The notes: a model not told the origin generated them from the letters alone. A stretch of 64,000 nucleotides of DNA from a candidate division WOR-3 bacterium (GCA_037481815.1 JBBFKX010000001.1:448001-512000), one strand, 5' to 3'. Counted from the stretch's first letter, positions 49,728 through 59,828 are shown. Numbers and translations are program-made.

Positions 49728-49743
49728 TGGCATAATTATTGCA
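49728..49743 (+). promoter_or_regulatory. Sigma-54 (-24/-12) promoter
   Basis: TGGCATAATTATTGCA, near-consensus TGGCA-N6-TTGCA, just downstream of a bEBP gene. Confidence 0.85.
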
Positions 49744-49756
49744 ATTATAGAATTGT

Positions 49757-50140
49757 ATGAAAAAAATATCTGTGCTTTCATCTGACAAATCTTTCATAAA
49801 GGAAATGAATAAGAGAATAGAAAATTTTAACCATTTTATTGATTCGATATCTCTTCTTACTTTCGCACTTGTGAATAAACCTGACATAATTATATTAGAT
49901 ACACTTGACCTTCCATTTATGAATGAAAATAAGGTTATAAAATGTTTAAATGAAATAATTCCTCAATCAAGAATAATAGTTCTTTTAAGAAATAGTGATG
50001 ATTTCGAGTTTTTAAAAATGTTAAGAAAAAACAACAATATCTTTTATTCTTTCAATTATCCTTCAGAATTTTTACAGATATGCGAAGTTATTGAGAATAT
50101 GGTTAAAGATGATCAAAAAGTGGGGTTAGAATATGAATAG
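49757..50140 (+). CDS. Stand-alone atypical (pseudo) receiver-domain protein
   Basis: KPDIIILD and SRIIVL match the receiver fold; the conserved Thr/Ser and Lys-Pro are missing (FNYP). Confidence 0.65.
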   Translation: MKKISVLSSDKSFIKEMNKRIENFNHFIDSISLLTFALVNKPDIIILDTLDLPFMNENKVIKCLNEIIPQSRIIVLLRNSDDFEFLKMLRKNNNIFYSFNYPSEFLQICEVIENMVKDDQKVGLEYE

Positions 50141-50603
50141 ATTGGTTATTTTAACTTTTATTTTTTTGCCTATCTTTCTATTTTCAGGTTACAGTGTAGA
50201 AACTGATGTTAAATTTGAAAATCAGGAGATTCTACTTCTTGAACTTTCTTCTTCAAGTATTGATCTGGGTGAGATAAAACCAGATATGAAAGAGATAGTC
50301 AAACTCAAAGGAATAACTGTAAAAGTAAAAAGCAATGTCAAATGGGTTTTGACAGTTGAACCACTCGATAACCTTGTTTCAACTGATGGAGATATAATAG
50401 ATATTGAACGACTTGAAATAAGAGGGAAAAAAGGTAACTTTACTCCTCTATCACTCTCAAAACCTATAACTGTGGGATCTGGAGATAGAACTGGAGATAA
50501 CGGTTACGATATCGATCTTGATTTTAGAATGAAAATAAAATGGGACGATCCATCTGGAAGATACAACACAAAATTGAGATTCACTTTAAACTCAATATAC
50601 TAA
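50133..50603 (+). CDS. Putative fimbrial subunit (Csu/WxL-like Ig fold)
   Basis: Signal peptide, IDLGEI, VKVKSNVKWVLTV, C-terminal PSGRYNTKLRFTL strand. Confidence 0.65.
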   Translation: MNRLVILTFIFLPIFLFSGYSVETDVKFENQEILLLELSSSSIDLGEIKPDMKEIVKLKGITVKVKSNVKWVLTVEPLDNLVSTDGDIIDIERLEIRGKKGNFTPLSLSKPITVGSGDRTGDNGYDIDLDFRMKIKWDDPSGRYNTKLRFTLNSIY

Positions 50604-50612
50604 GGAGGTATT

Positions 50613-51155
50613 ATGAAAAAACTTCTAACAACCTTAACAGCACTTTTTGTGCTTTCACTTCTTGTTTTACCGATTTTTGCTGCCACAGCATCAGACAATG
50701 TTGATGTTCAAATTTTGATTCCAGCAAGAGTTGGTATAAACATAAACAATACAGGTGCTTTGTTATTTGACCTGACTTCAGTTACTATTCCAACAACTTT
50801 CCCAGGATACTATTTCCCAAATGGAACAGAGACAGAGATCCTCATGGACATTTTCTGTAACGCAAGAAATGGTTACAATTTAGAAGTTCAGGCTTCAGGC
50901 GATTTTGACCCAGATATTCCAGTTTCACAACTTTACTTTGCACCATCAGGAACCCCAATAACAAGTGAAGGAACAGCAAACCCAGCAGCACCATGGACAC
51001 CATTTTCAACTTCTACTGTAACTGTTGAATCTGGACCAAAACTTACTGGATGGACTTCTAAAAATCAGGCAATAGAGTTCAAATGGGAAGATTCTGATCC
51101 TGAGATTGATCCAGCAGCAACCGTTACGCTTACCTATACGATAACAAGTTTATAA
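50613..51155 (+). CDS. Putative major fimbrial subunit
   Basis: Strong RBS AAGGAGG, signal peptide, N-terminal strand ASDNVDVQILIP, LLFDL, NGYNLEVQASGDF, C-terminal VTLTYTI; Thr/Pro-rich. Confidence 0.65.
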   Translation: MKKLLTTLTALFVLSLLVLPIFAATASDNVDVQILIPARVGININNTGALLFDLTSVTIPTTFPGYYFPNGTETEILMDIFCNARNGYNLEVQASGDFDPDIPVSQLYFAPSGTPITSEGTANPAAPWTPFSTSTVTVESGPKLTGWTSKNQAIEFKWEDSDPEIDPAATVTLTYTITSL

Positions 51156-51172
51156 AAATTTGTGGAGGTGGG

Positions 51173-51937
51173 ATGTTAAAACTTGTTAAAATAATTTTGA
51201 TTTTAAGTTTGTTTATAAACATTTTCCCCCAGATCGGTTTTAACATCTCACCTCCCAAATATGAATTTACTGTAAGACCTGAGGAGATCAAAAATTTTAC
51301 GATCAATGTTCAAAATACAACAGATTCGATCCTTCATGTTAAAATATACGCTGTTGATTGGAGCCTGGATATCGATAACAATGTTAAATATTTTTCAGCA
51401 GGTAAATTGAAAAACTCCTGTTCTAACTGGATATATGTTAATCCACAGGAGTTCAACATAAAACCGAACTCTTCTGAAGATATCAGATTTACACTCTCTG
51501 TCCCTAAAAATGTTTTTGGGGATTACTGGTCGATGATATTTTTCGAATCAACACCTTTCAATCCAACAGGATCAAGCATGTTGCTTGTTGCAGGAAGAGT
51601 CGGTTGTACAATATACTCGACTATCGCAGGGACAACTGTAAAAAATGGTGATCTTACAGGTCTTGAGTTTGATAAAAAAGAATACAGTGTTAAAGCGATA
51701 TTTGAAAATACAGGTAATGTTCACCTGAGAGTTAAAGCAACGATGAAAATTTTTAAAGATGAAAAAATGGTTTATCAAACGGAGATTCCTGAAAAAGTGT
51801 CTCTTCCAGAAACAAGAACAACAATTTCTTTTCCAGTTGAAACACAACTTTTAAAAGGTGATTATACGATAAAAGTTAATATAGATTATGGGGGGAACGA
51901 ACTTCTTGAGGGGGAGAAAAGGATTACGATTAATTAG
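51173..51937 (+). CDS. Two-Ig-domain periplasmic chaperone (PapD-like/DUF916-like)
   Basis: ISPPKYEF...INVQN, WIYVNPQEFNIKP, GDYWSMIFFE, second domain FENTGNVHLR. Confidence 0.72.
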   Translation: MLKLVKIILILSLFINIFPQIGFNISPPKYEFTVRPEEIKNFTINVQNTTDSILHVKIYAVDWSLDIDNNVKYFSAGKLKNSCSNWIYVNPQEFNIKPNSSEDIRFTLSVPKNVFGDYWSMIFFESTPFNPTGSSMLLVAGRVGCTIYSTIAGTTVKNGDLTGLEFDKKEYSVKAIFENTGNVHLRVKATMKIFKDEKMVYQTEIPEKVSLPETRTTISFPVETQLLKGDYTIKVNIDYGGNELLEGEKRITIN

Positions 51938-51940
51938 GGA

Positions 51941-53899
51941 ATGAAAAAATTTTTTTCTTTTTTTACATTTCTATTTTTCATAGGAGTTTTCGCTGAAAAC
52001 TATTACAACATTTCGATTGAAAATTTTCTGTATTCAAATTCAGAGTACTATTCTCCATACATAAATATTCAATATTTTTCTGATGAGGAAAATTCAAAAA
52101 AAGATTTTTATATTCAACTCTACAGATATTTCCCTTTAACTCTGTATTTTTCAACAATAAATTTTTTTGATAAAAAAAATGGTTTTCTTATGTTTGAAGC
52201 AGGTGATATATCCCCTTACAGGTTTTTATATTTTGATTTTCGAGGTTTCAGATTTTCATCAAGGTTAAAATTCTCAGGGTTTGAATTTTTTATTGGCAAA
52301 GAAAACAATTTTTTGAACCAGAATTCTGGAAAAGATAATTTAAATAGAATTGTAACTGGAGTTTTATTACCTTTATCGATAACAAAAAATGATACAACAA
52401 AATTTTTTATTTTTTCAAGAGAGGATAGATTTTTTTACTCACCTTTTGTATCACAAAATGTAATGGGAATAAACCAGTATTTAAAATTTTTTAATAGGTT
52501 AAATTTTGACATAACATTAAAAAAACATGTAAACCATACATTATACGACTCCACCTTTTCAAACATATCATATTCAATAAAAACTTATCTTTTAACAAAA
52601 TATCTTTCAACATCCTTATCCTTTCAAAATGATCCTGAAAAATTTTCTGACTTTTCAATGTTTTATAGAGAAAACAAAAAAACATATTTAAACTTTTTCC
52701 AATCGATCAGGATTTTAAACTTTACATCTTTGTTTTTAAACTATACAAGATACAATATAAACACTTCTGACAACTCCTCTTATGAAAGATTTGGAGTAAA
52801 GAATTCTTTGAGTTTATCGTTTTTCCCAAAGATCGATATTTCCTATGATATATACAGGAATCTGAGTCAAAAAAATCCATTTGGAAAAGTTTTAACTTTA
52901 AACATTTCCAGATGGTATAAAAACTTTTATTTCAATTCGAATTTTACAAAAAACAATTTTGAAAATTATAAAAGTTTAAATTTTTATTCAAATATTTCAT
53001 ACAACTTTTACAATGGAACAAACATCGGTTCAATATTCAAACTAACAAAAAAGGATAGCATAAACGATTATTTTCTAACAAACTATGTAAGATGGAAGTT
53101 GGAGAAAATTTTTTCATTCGAATATGGGGTTGATTTTGGAAATATGTACCAGATATCATTCCTTGGAAACCATTTCGATTTTTCAATTGACTACAAAAAT
53201 TATAATTTCAGTAACAGATTTAATATCAGATATTTTGAGAGCGTCCAATTTGAAATCCAGACAAAACTCAAAATAACAGGGGTTCTCGATAACATTTACA
53301 CTGGAATTCTAAACGGAAGAGTTTTCTACGATAAAAATAATAATGAAATATTCGACGGTGATGATAAACCTATAAACAATCTATCGATTGTTTTAAACGA
53401 TTCGATTGTAACAAAAAGTGATAAGAATGGTTTTTATACCTTTAAATTTTTAAAACCAGGCAGATATAAAATCTCAATCGATAAAAAAAAGTTACCTGCA
53501 TATTTTGATATAAAAGAGTACTATTTTGTTCAGGTTGAAAATTTCACAAAAAAAAGTGTAGACATACCTCTTATCAAGTTAGGATCAATATCTGGATATG
53601 TTTTTATAGATTTAAACAAAGATGGTGTAAAGGATGAGAATGAGATAGGAGTAGCAGGAATAATTGTAAAAATCAAAGATTCCGATAAATATACATATAC
53701 TGATATGAACGGATTCTATACGATAGCAAATCTTCCAATGGGTGCTTACATAGTTGAAGTCCCACAACTACCAAAAGGATATCAATTCGTTTTCCCAAAC
53801 CTTATAATGTATATAAATGTTGATAAACTTAAATCGGATTTTACAGTTGATTTTGGAATAATAGAAGAATCAAAACCTGTTAGAAAAAAGGTGTTTTAA
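51941..53899 (+). CDS. Putative usher-like outer membrane protein with two C-terminal SdrD-B/Cna-B-like domains
   Basis: Signal peptide, long aromatic-rich beta region, then GRVFYDKNNNEIFD...GFYTFKFLKPGRY and ISGYVFIDLNKDGVKD...GFYTIANLPMGAY. Confidence 0.65.
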   Translation: MKKFFSFFTFLFFIGVFAENYYNISIENFLYSNSEYYSPYINIQYFSDEENSKKDFYIQLYRYFPLTLYFSTINFFDKKNGFLMFEAGDISPYRFLYFDFRGFRFSSRLKFSGFEFFIGKENNFLNQNSGKDNLNRIVTGVLLPLSITKNDTTKFFIFSREDRFFYSPFVSQNVMGINQYLKFFNRLNFDITLKKHVNHTLYDSTFSNISYSIKTYLLTKYLSTSLSFQNDPEKFSDFSMFYRENKKTYLNFFQSIRILNFTSLFLNYTRYNINTSDNSSYERFGVKNSLSLSFFPKIDISYDIYRNLSQKNPFGKVLTLNISRWYKNFYFNSNFTKNNFENYKSLNFYSNISYNFYNGTNIGSIFKLTKKDSINDYFLTNYVRWKLEKIFSFEYGVDFGNMYQISFLGNHFDFSIDYKNYNFSNRFNIRYFESVQFEIQTKLKITGVLDNIYTGILNGRVFYDKNNNEIFDGDDKPINNLSIVLNDSIVTKSDKNGFYTFKFLKPGRYKISIDKKKLPAYFDIKEYYFVQVENFTKKSVDIPLIKLGSISGYVFIDLNKDGVKDENEIGVAGIIVKIKDSDKYTYTDMNGFYTIANLPMGAYIVEVPQLPKGYQFVFPNLIMYINVDKLKSDFTVDFGIIEESKPVRKKVF

Positions 53900-55180
53900 A
53901 ATTTTTTTTCTTTCTTTTAAAAGATCCTCTTTATCATATAAAAGAACTTTTCCGTTATATTTTAAAGGTCTCCCTTTAGAAAAAACATATTTTATATTTT
54001 CAGGATAGATTGAAAATATAAAAGATGAAGCCGCATCATTAACAAAGGAAGAAACATTTATATCATCTTCTATCAAAATAAAATCAGCATCAAACCCATC
54101 TTTAATGAGTCCAAGATCATTCTCGAGTTTAAGTGCTTTTGCACCATTTATCGTTGCCATTTCAAAAATTTTTGCGGATGATATCCCTTTTTCTCCGTAC
54201 CTAATGTTTTGAAAAAGTTTTGCCAATCTCATCTCTATAATTTGATTCATATTGTTATTACAAGGTGCTCCATCCGATCCTAACCCGACATTTATATTCT
54301 GTTCATGAAAACCTGTAACATCAGCAATACCGTTTTTCAACTTTCCATTTGCGGATGGACAATGCGCGACATTGATCTTTTTTTTCTTTAAAATTTCTAT
54401 GTCTTTTTTGTTTAAAAAAATACAATGTGCAAGAATAACATTTCCTTCAAAAAGTCCAACTCTATCAAAAAATTCTATATTTGACATATCGTATCGTTTT
54501 AATGTAAAGAGATTCTCCTCCAAAGTTTCCGAAGAGTGTGTATGAACAAAAAGATCATATTCATCTCTCAATTTTAGAAGTGTTTTAATACCCTCCTTTG
54601 TTACACCCGGGACAAACCTCGGGCATAATACATATTTTACATTTTTGTAATCCTTTATCTTTTCCAATAGATCTTTCGTGTAATTTTCATATCTTTTTAT
54701 TTCAGTTTTGAAACCTCCAAACTTTCTGTCCATAAAAACGTTACCTGAAAATCCCCTTATATTTGAATTTTCTATCTCTTCAAAAATTATTTCCTGATTT
54801 TCAAAAGTTCCCATATCAAGTATCGTTGTTGTTCCTGAATCTATAAGTTCATAAAGGGAAAGTTTACACGATAATGATAATATATCTTTCTTTAATTTTT
54901 TTTCATAAGGGATTATCCTCTTTTGTAACCATTCATACAACCCCATCTCCTCTGCAAAACCTTTTGCAAGATTTTGACAGATATGCGTGTGTATTTGAAT
55001 AAAAGATGGGAAAAGTATAAACCTGGAACAATCAAAAAATTTTAGACCTTTACATTTGTTTTCGTCTTCATCAAATGAAAATTTCCCATCCCTTATAAAA
55101 ATCTTATCTTTAAAAATAATTGAACTTTTAACAGTATCGTAATATTTTACGTTTTTAAGAATAAAATTTTTATTTTTCAA
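53870..55180 (-). CDS. Metal-dependent amidohydrolase (nucleoside deaminase, MTA/SAH/5'-deoxyadenosine deaminase-like)
   Basis: QIHTH, GTTTILDMG, HTHSSET, LAHC, HCPSAN, GSDGAPCNN. Confidence 0.87.
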   Translation of the reverse strand: MKNKNFILKNVKYYDTVKSSIIFKDKIFIRDGKFSFDEDENKCKGLKFFDCSRFILFPSFIQIHTHICQNLAKGFAEEMGLYEWLQKRIIPYEKKLKKDILSLSCKLSLYELIDSGTTTILDMGTFENQEIIFEEIENSNIRGFSGNVFMDRKFGGFKTEIKRYENYTKDLLEKIKDYKNVKYVLCPRFVPGVTKEGIKTLLKLRDEYDLFVHTHSSETLEENLFTLKRYDMSNIEFFDRVGLFEGNVILAHCIFLNKKDIEILKKKKINVAHCPSANGKLKNGIADVTGFHEQNINVGLGSDGAPCNNNMNQIIEMRLAKLFQNIRYGEKGISSAKIFEMATINGAKALKLENDLGLIKDGFDADFILIEDDINVSSFVNDAASSFIFSIYPENIKYVFSKGRPLKYNGKVLLYDKEDLLKERKKILKHLFSNRF

Positions 55181-56447
55181 TTTTGTACTCCTTTATTTTC
55201 TCAAGTAAACTCCTGTAACTAATCTTTAAAATTTTAGCCGCTTTCATCTTATTCCAGTTGACCAATTTTAAAGTTTTCAAAATTTCTTCTTTCTCAAATT
55301 CCTCCGTTTTTTCTTTTATAAGATCTTTTAATCCAAAATTTTTTTTGTTAAAGTTCGGCTCAATTTCTTTTTCCAACAGATAATTTTCAATGAGGTTTTC
55401 AAGTTCCTTCACATTCCCTTCAAATTCCAATCCCAATATTTTTTCTATAAAAGAACCATAATCACTTCTTTTTCCTAAAGACAACCTTTTTCCAACTTTT
55501 TCGATCAAAAATTCTGCCAAAATTGGAATGTCCTCTTTTCTTTCCTTTAAAGGTAAAATTTTAATTCTGAAAACATTCAATCTAAACAGAAGATCTTTTC
55601 TTAACAGATTCTTTTCGACAAGAGTATCAGGTTCTTCAGAAAAAACTGAAATTATTCTTACATCAATTTTTTCTTCTCTGTTTGAACCAACGGGATAAAA
55701 AGATTTTGTATCAAGAAATCTTAGAATTTTTCCCTGTATCATAAAATCAACTTCTTCAATATTTTTCAGGACAATCGTTCCTCCATCTGACTTTTTTAAA
55801 AGACCATCTCTTGATAAATATGCACCTGTAAATGCTCCCTTCGCTACACCAAAGAGTTCACTTTCGATAAGATTTCTGTTGAAGGAAGCGAAATCGATCT
55901 CTATCAGTTTTTTTTCATTTCTGTTGGAATACTTATGTATGAGTTCAGATACGAGTGTTTTCCCCGAACCAACAGGGCCAACGATTATCACACTGACATC
56001 ACTTGAAGCACACTTCTTTATGTTTTCTCTTATCTCGCTACTATTTTTTGAAATTCCAAGATATTCTTTTTCAATCCCTTCAAATAAATTATCCTTCAAA
56101 ATATTTTTCACTTTTTCTTTCAAAATATCATAATCTATAGGTTTTTGCCAGAAATCGATTGCCCCTTTTCTAATACATTCGATCGCAAGAGGAATATCTC
56201 CATAGGCAGTTAGTATAACAACTTTAACCTGATCATCTTCGTTCCTGATTTTTTTCAACACATCAACTCCACTCCCATCTGGTAACTTAATATCAAGGAT
56301 TACAAGGGAATACCTAAACTTTGCGAACATATGGTCAAATTCAAAAATCGATTTTACTTCATCTATATCATAATCTTCCTTTAAACTTTCCTTAAGAAAA
56401 ATTCTAAACGATGTATTGTCTTCAACGATCAGAATTCTTTTTTTCAT
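55170..56447 (-). CDS. Sigma-54-interaction-domain response regulator with a degenerate Walker B
   Basis: ILIVEDN, LDIKLPD, TAYG, GPVGSGKT, ESELFG-x-x-KGAFTGA, GNVKELEN, HTH. Confidence 0.88.
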   Translation of the reverse strand: MKKRILIVEDNTSFRIFLKESLKEDYDIDEVKSIFEFDHMFAKFRYSLVILDIKLPDGSGVDVLKKIRNEDDQVKVVILTAYGDIPLAIECIRKGAIDFWQKPIDYDILKEKVKNILKDNLFEGIEKEYLGISKNSSEIRENIKKCASSDVSVIIVGPVGSGKTLVSELIHKYSNRNEKKLIEIDFASFNRNLIESELFGVAKGAFTGAYLSRDGLLKKSDGGTIVLKNIEEVDFMIQGKILRFLDTKSFYPVGSNREEKIDVRIISVFSEEPDTLVEKNLLRKDLLFRLNVFRIKILPLKERKEDIPILAEFLIEKVGKRLSLGKRSDYGSFIEKILGLEFEGNVKELENLIENYLLEKEIEPNFNKKNFGLKDLIKEKTEEFEKEEILKTLKLVNWNKMKAAKILKISYRSLLEKIKEYKIEK

Positions 56448-57819
56448 TTTTGAAGATAAAGACAACTTTTCCTCTATTGTTAAAATTCGAAAAATTATAA
56501 TCTAAATCAAGCACAGTACATATCTTTATTATCGTTGGAATTCCAAGCCCAGTTCCTTTAGCATCCTCATTGAATGGACTATAAAGTTTTTCCAGAATAT
56601 TATCAGGGAAACCCGGGCCAGAATCTTTTATCTCCAGTTCAATTTTTTCAATCAGGTTCTTGATAACAAGTTCGACTTTCTTCCCTTGAGAATACTTATC
56701 GATATTGTCGAATATGTTAAAAAGAACCTGTTCAAAAAGAACAGGATCAGTGTTTACAGTTACCTTTTCTTCAGGGAAATCTTCAACATATTCAAGTGGG
56801 AATCTTTCAATAGAATTTTTAACTATTTCCTTTAAATCAACTTCAACAAAATATGGTTTTTCATCTTTTGAAAACTCGATAAATTTTTTTGTGAACAAAG
56901 AAAGTTTTTTCAAATCTTCGATAACAGTTTTTACAAGATCCATATCGTTGTTTTCGAGGCCCTTCTGTAAAAGTCCTATCGTGGATCCAAGATAGTTATT
57001 TAACTGGTGAGCGATTCCTGATGTTATCTCTGAGATTTTCATTAAGCCCCTTCTTAAACTGTAACTCTCTTCCAATTCTTTTATTCTGTTTTTTAAAATT
57101 AAGTTAGCATCCTTTTCTATTTTTTGAGTTTCAACAAGATTTTCAAGTGAGTCCTTAAAAACTTTTACAAAACTGTCAGGATTATCATAGTTAAGATCCA
57201 TTCTCAAAAGCTTGACTATTTCCTTCATTTTTTCTATTGGTCTTTCTATACTTTTCAACAACGATATGATACTTATCAAAGTTAGAATCAGAAGTATGAA
57301 TTTATAGATCAGAAAATAAAAAAGAATTCTCTTCAAAAAGTAATTGTTACTTCTGAAATTCAATATTATAAAAAAATCTTTATTTTTCCCGTTGGTAATT
57401 TTAAAAGTATAAATATCCATATCTTTAAAGAAGAATCTCATACTGATATTCTCTTTTAAAAGAGGTAGTAAAAAATATCTTATCTGATTTTCAGTGAATA
57501 AAAAATTTTTTGAAACAATAAAAGGATAGAGTGAAGAATCGGTTATAAAATATGATTGAAGATTTAAAGAGTTTAAATCTTTCTGGAAAAAATCCTGTTT
57601 CTTCAAAAGAAATTCCTGCAAAGAATTGAAATTTGAAAACTCTTTATCATATTTTTTCTTGAAATCAGTTATCTTTCTGTAATTGTCATTCAAATAATCA
57701 TCTTCATAATAATTTATAATAACATTTAGATAGATGGAAAATATCATATCTGATAGAATCAAAAAGATTAAAAAAATCGAAAGAAAGACCCTTTTCCCTA
57801 AAATCGATTTAAATTCCAT
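56422..57819 (-). CDS. Membrane sensor histidine kinase
   Basis: Two TM helices, H-box GIAHQLNN, N-box QVLFNIFDN, DSGPGF, GTGLG. Confidence 0.9.
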   Translation of the reverse strand: MEFKSILGKRVFLSIFLIFLILSDMIFSIYLNVIINYYEDDYLNDNYRKITDFKKKYDKEFSNFNSLQEFLLKKQDFFQKDLNSLNLQSYFITDSSLYPFIVSKNFLFTENQIRYFLLPLLKENISMRFFFKDMDIYTFKITNGKNKDFFIILNFRSNNYFLKRILFYFLIYKFILLILTLISIISLLKSIERPIEKMKEIVKLLRMDLNYDNPDSFVKVFKDSLENLVETQKIEKDANLILKNRIKELEESYSLRRGLMKISEITSGIAHQLNNYLGSTIGLLQKGLENNDMDLVKTVIEDLKKLSLFTKKFIEFSKDEKPYFVEVDLKEIVKNSIERFPLEYVEDFPEEKVTVNTDPVLFEQVLFNIFDNIDKYSQGKKVELVIKNLIEKIELEIKDSGPGFPDNILEKLYSPFNEDAKGTGLGIPTIIKICTVLDLDYNFSNFNNRGKVVFIFKNEKKNSDR

Positions 57820-57858
57820 TTTTTTATTATATATAAAATAATGGATGCTGACAATAAC

Positions 57859-58995
57859 TTATTTTACAAAGAATGAAAGTAAAATTCCTGCTGCTATTGC
57901 TGAACCAATTACACCTGCTACATTTGGTCCCATCGCGTGCATCAAAAGATGGTTTTCAGGATCATCTTTAAGCCCCATCATTTCTGAAACTCTTGCGGAA
58001 TCGGGAACTGCAGATACCCCAGCAGAACCGATCAATGGGTTTATCTTATCTTCAGGTTTTAAAAAGAGATTCAAAAATTTTGCAAAAAGTATTCCTCCCG
58101 CTGAAGAGAAAGCAAAAGCCAGTGCACCAAGAATGAAAATCTTAATCGATTGTGATGTTAAAAAAACATCTGCCTGTGTTGATGCACCAACACATATCCC
58201 TATCATGATGGTACATATATCGATAAGAGCAGATGATGCAGTTTTTGCTAACCTTGTTGTTACTCCACTCTCTCTCAATAGATTACCAAAAAATAACATC
58301 CCCAGAAGAGGTATAGCTGCTGGAACTATCATTGCTGTTATGATAAAACCTGCAACCGGAAAAATTATTTTTTCAGTTTTTTTAACCGGTCTAGGTTTCT
58401 TCATTCTTATTAACCTTTCCTTTTTTGTCGTCAAAAGCATCATGATAGGTGGCTGAATTACCGGAACGAGAGCCATATATGAATATGCTGCTATCGCAAT
58501 CGGACCTAAAAGTTTTGGAGCAAGTTTTGAAGTCAAAAATATTGCTGTGGGACCATCAGCACCACCGATGATTCCAATCGAACCTGCTTCTGGAAGTGTG
58601 AATCCTAAAAGATGAGCCCCAATGAAAGTGGTAAAAATTCCAAGTTGTGCTGCTGCTCCAAGAAGTAGAGTTTTTGGATTTGAAAGAAGATTCGAAAAAT
58701 CTGTCATCGCCCCTATTCCAAGAAAAATCAAAGGGGGATAAATTCCCTGCAGAACTCCAAAATAAAGATAATTCAAAACACTTCCAGTTTCATAGATTCC
58801 AATCTTTAAACCTAACATAATAGGAATATTACCTATGAGTATTCCAAAACCTATAGGAAGAAGTAGAAGTGGTTCATACTCTTTTGTGACAGCAAGGTAT
58901 ATGAAAAATATTCCTACAAAAATCATTACAAGATATCTATAGTCAAGATTTGCAAAACCTGTCATCGAAAAAAAAGTTTTAAAGATATGACCCAT
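57859..58995 (-). CDS. Sodium-translocating decarboxylase beta subunit (OadB/MmdB)
   Basis: YEPLLLLPIGFG, GAMTDF, IIGGADGPT, AAYSYMALVP, HAMGPNVAGVIGSA. Confidence 0.96.
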   Translation of the reverse strand: MGHIFKTFFSMTGFANLDYRYLVMIFVGIFFIYLAVTKEYEPLLLLPIGFGILIGNIPIMLGLKIGIYETGSVLNYLYFGVLQGIYPPLIFLGIGAMTDFSNLLSNPKTLLLGAAAQLGIFTTFIGAHLLGFTLPEAGSIGIIGGADGPTAIFLTSKLAPKLLGPIAIAAYSYMALVPVIQPPIMMLLTTKKERLIRMKKPRPVKKTEKIIFPVAGFIITAMIVPAAIPLLGMLFFGNLLRESGVTTRLAKTASSALIDICTIMIGICVGASTQADVFLTSQSIKIFILGALAFAFSSAGGILFAKFLNLFLKPEDKINPLIGSAGVSAVPDSARVSEMMGLKDDPENHLLMHAMGPNVAGVIGSAIAAGILLSFFVK

Positions 58996-58997
58996 TT

Positions 58998-59429
58998 TTA
59001 TTCTCCTATCACAACAAGTACATCTCCCTCAGCTATCGTATCATCCTTTTTCACATTTATTTTTAAAACCTTGCCAGAGTATGGAGAATGTATAGCATTT
59101 TCCATTTTCATCGCTTCCATGATCAGAAGATCCTGCCCCTCTTTAACTTGATCACCCTCTTTTACCAAAACGTTCAAAACAACTCCAGGAAGTGGAGCGA
59201 GAACTTTTTTAACAGATTCACCATCGCTTTTTTTCTCACTTTGTAATACAGGTTTATCGGTTGATTGTGAAGGGGTAACCTTTTTTATAGTTTGTTCAAC
59301 ACTTCCGATCTGTCTGAAATTCACCTTGTAATTTTTGCCGTTTATCTCTATATCTGCTACATTCTCTTCAAGAGAGTTCACCTTCACTTTATAATCTTTT
59401 CCGTTTATGTTTAAAACATATTCACCCAT
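58998..59429 (-). CDS. Biotin carboxyl carrier subunit (MmdC-like)
   Basis: APLPG and EAMKM biotinylation motif. Confidence 0.95.
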   Translation of the reverse strand: MGEYVLNINGKDYKVKVNSLEENVADIEINGKNYKVNFRQIGSVEQTIKKVTPSQSTDKPVLQSEKKSDGESVKKVLAPLPGVVLNVLVKEGDQVKEGQDLLIMEAMKMENAIHSPYSGKVLKINVKKDDTIAEGDVLVVIGE

Positions 59430-59823
59430 TTTTACTCCTTGCGTAAAACCAATATGGAGGTTTATCCTCCCATTTTATTGTTAATTTATCCTTTGATAAT
59501 GTATGATGAAGTTTGTACTCAAGTACAAGGGCGGTCGATATTGCAACCAATTCCTCTTCATCAAGTTCTATTTTTTCAAGAATACTCTTGTTGAAATCTT
59601 CCACCTTTTTATCTTTAAAACCTTTCTGTGGTGGGTTTAAAATCTTTTTTAAAATATTTATGAAAACCTGAATCAGAATAAGTCCCGTGAAAACTGCTAC
59701 AAGACCAACAACTGGAAGAAAGTATGGGTTAACTTCCATATCGCTGGACTCTGAACCGGAAAGTAGAAAAACTGTACTAAGAACAGAAAGGATTATGATG
59801 AATTTTATTGTTAACTTTTTCAT
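59422..59823 (-). CDS. OadG/MmdD-family anchor subunit
   Basis: GLVAVFTGLILI TM helix, EELVAISTAL, position in the operon. Confidence 0.75.
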   Translation of the reverse strand: MKKLTIKFIIILSVLSTVFLLSGSESSDMEVNPYFLPVVGLVAVFTGLILIQVFINILKKILNPPQKGFKDKKVEDFNKSILEKIELDEEELVAISTALVLEYKLHHTLSKDKLTIKWEDKPPYWFYARSKNG

Positions 59824-59828
59824 AATCT

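Noticed and set aside
53870..53899. 30-bp convergent overlap between the usher-like gene and the amidohydrolase
   Set aside because: Short 3' overlaps also occur elsewhere in this compact window (37622-37628); there is no sign of a special function.
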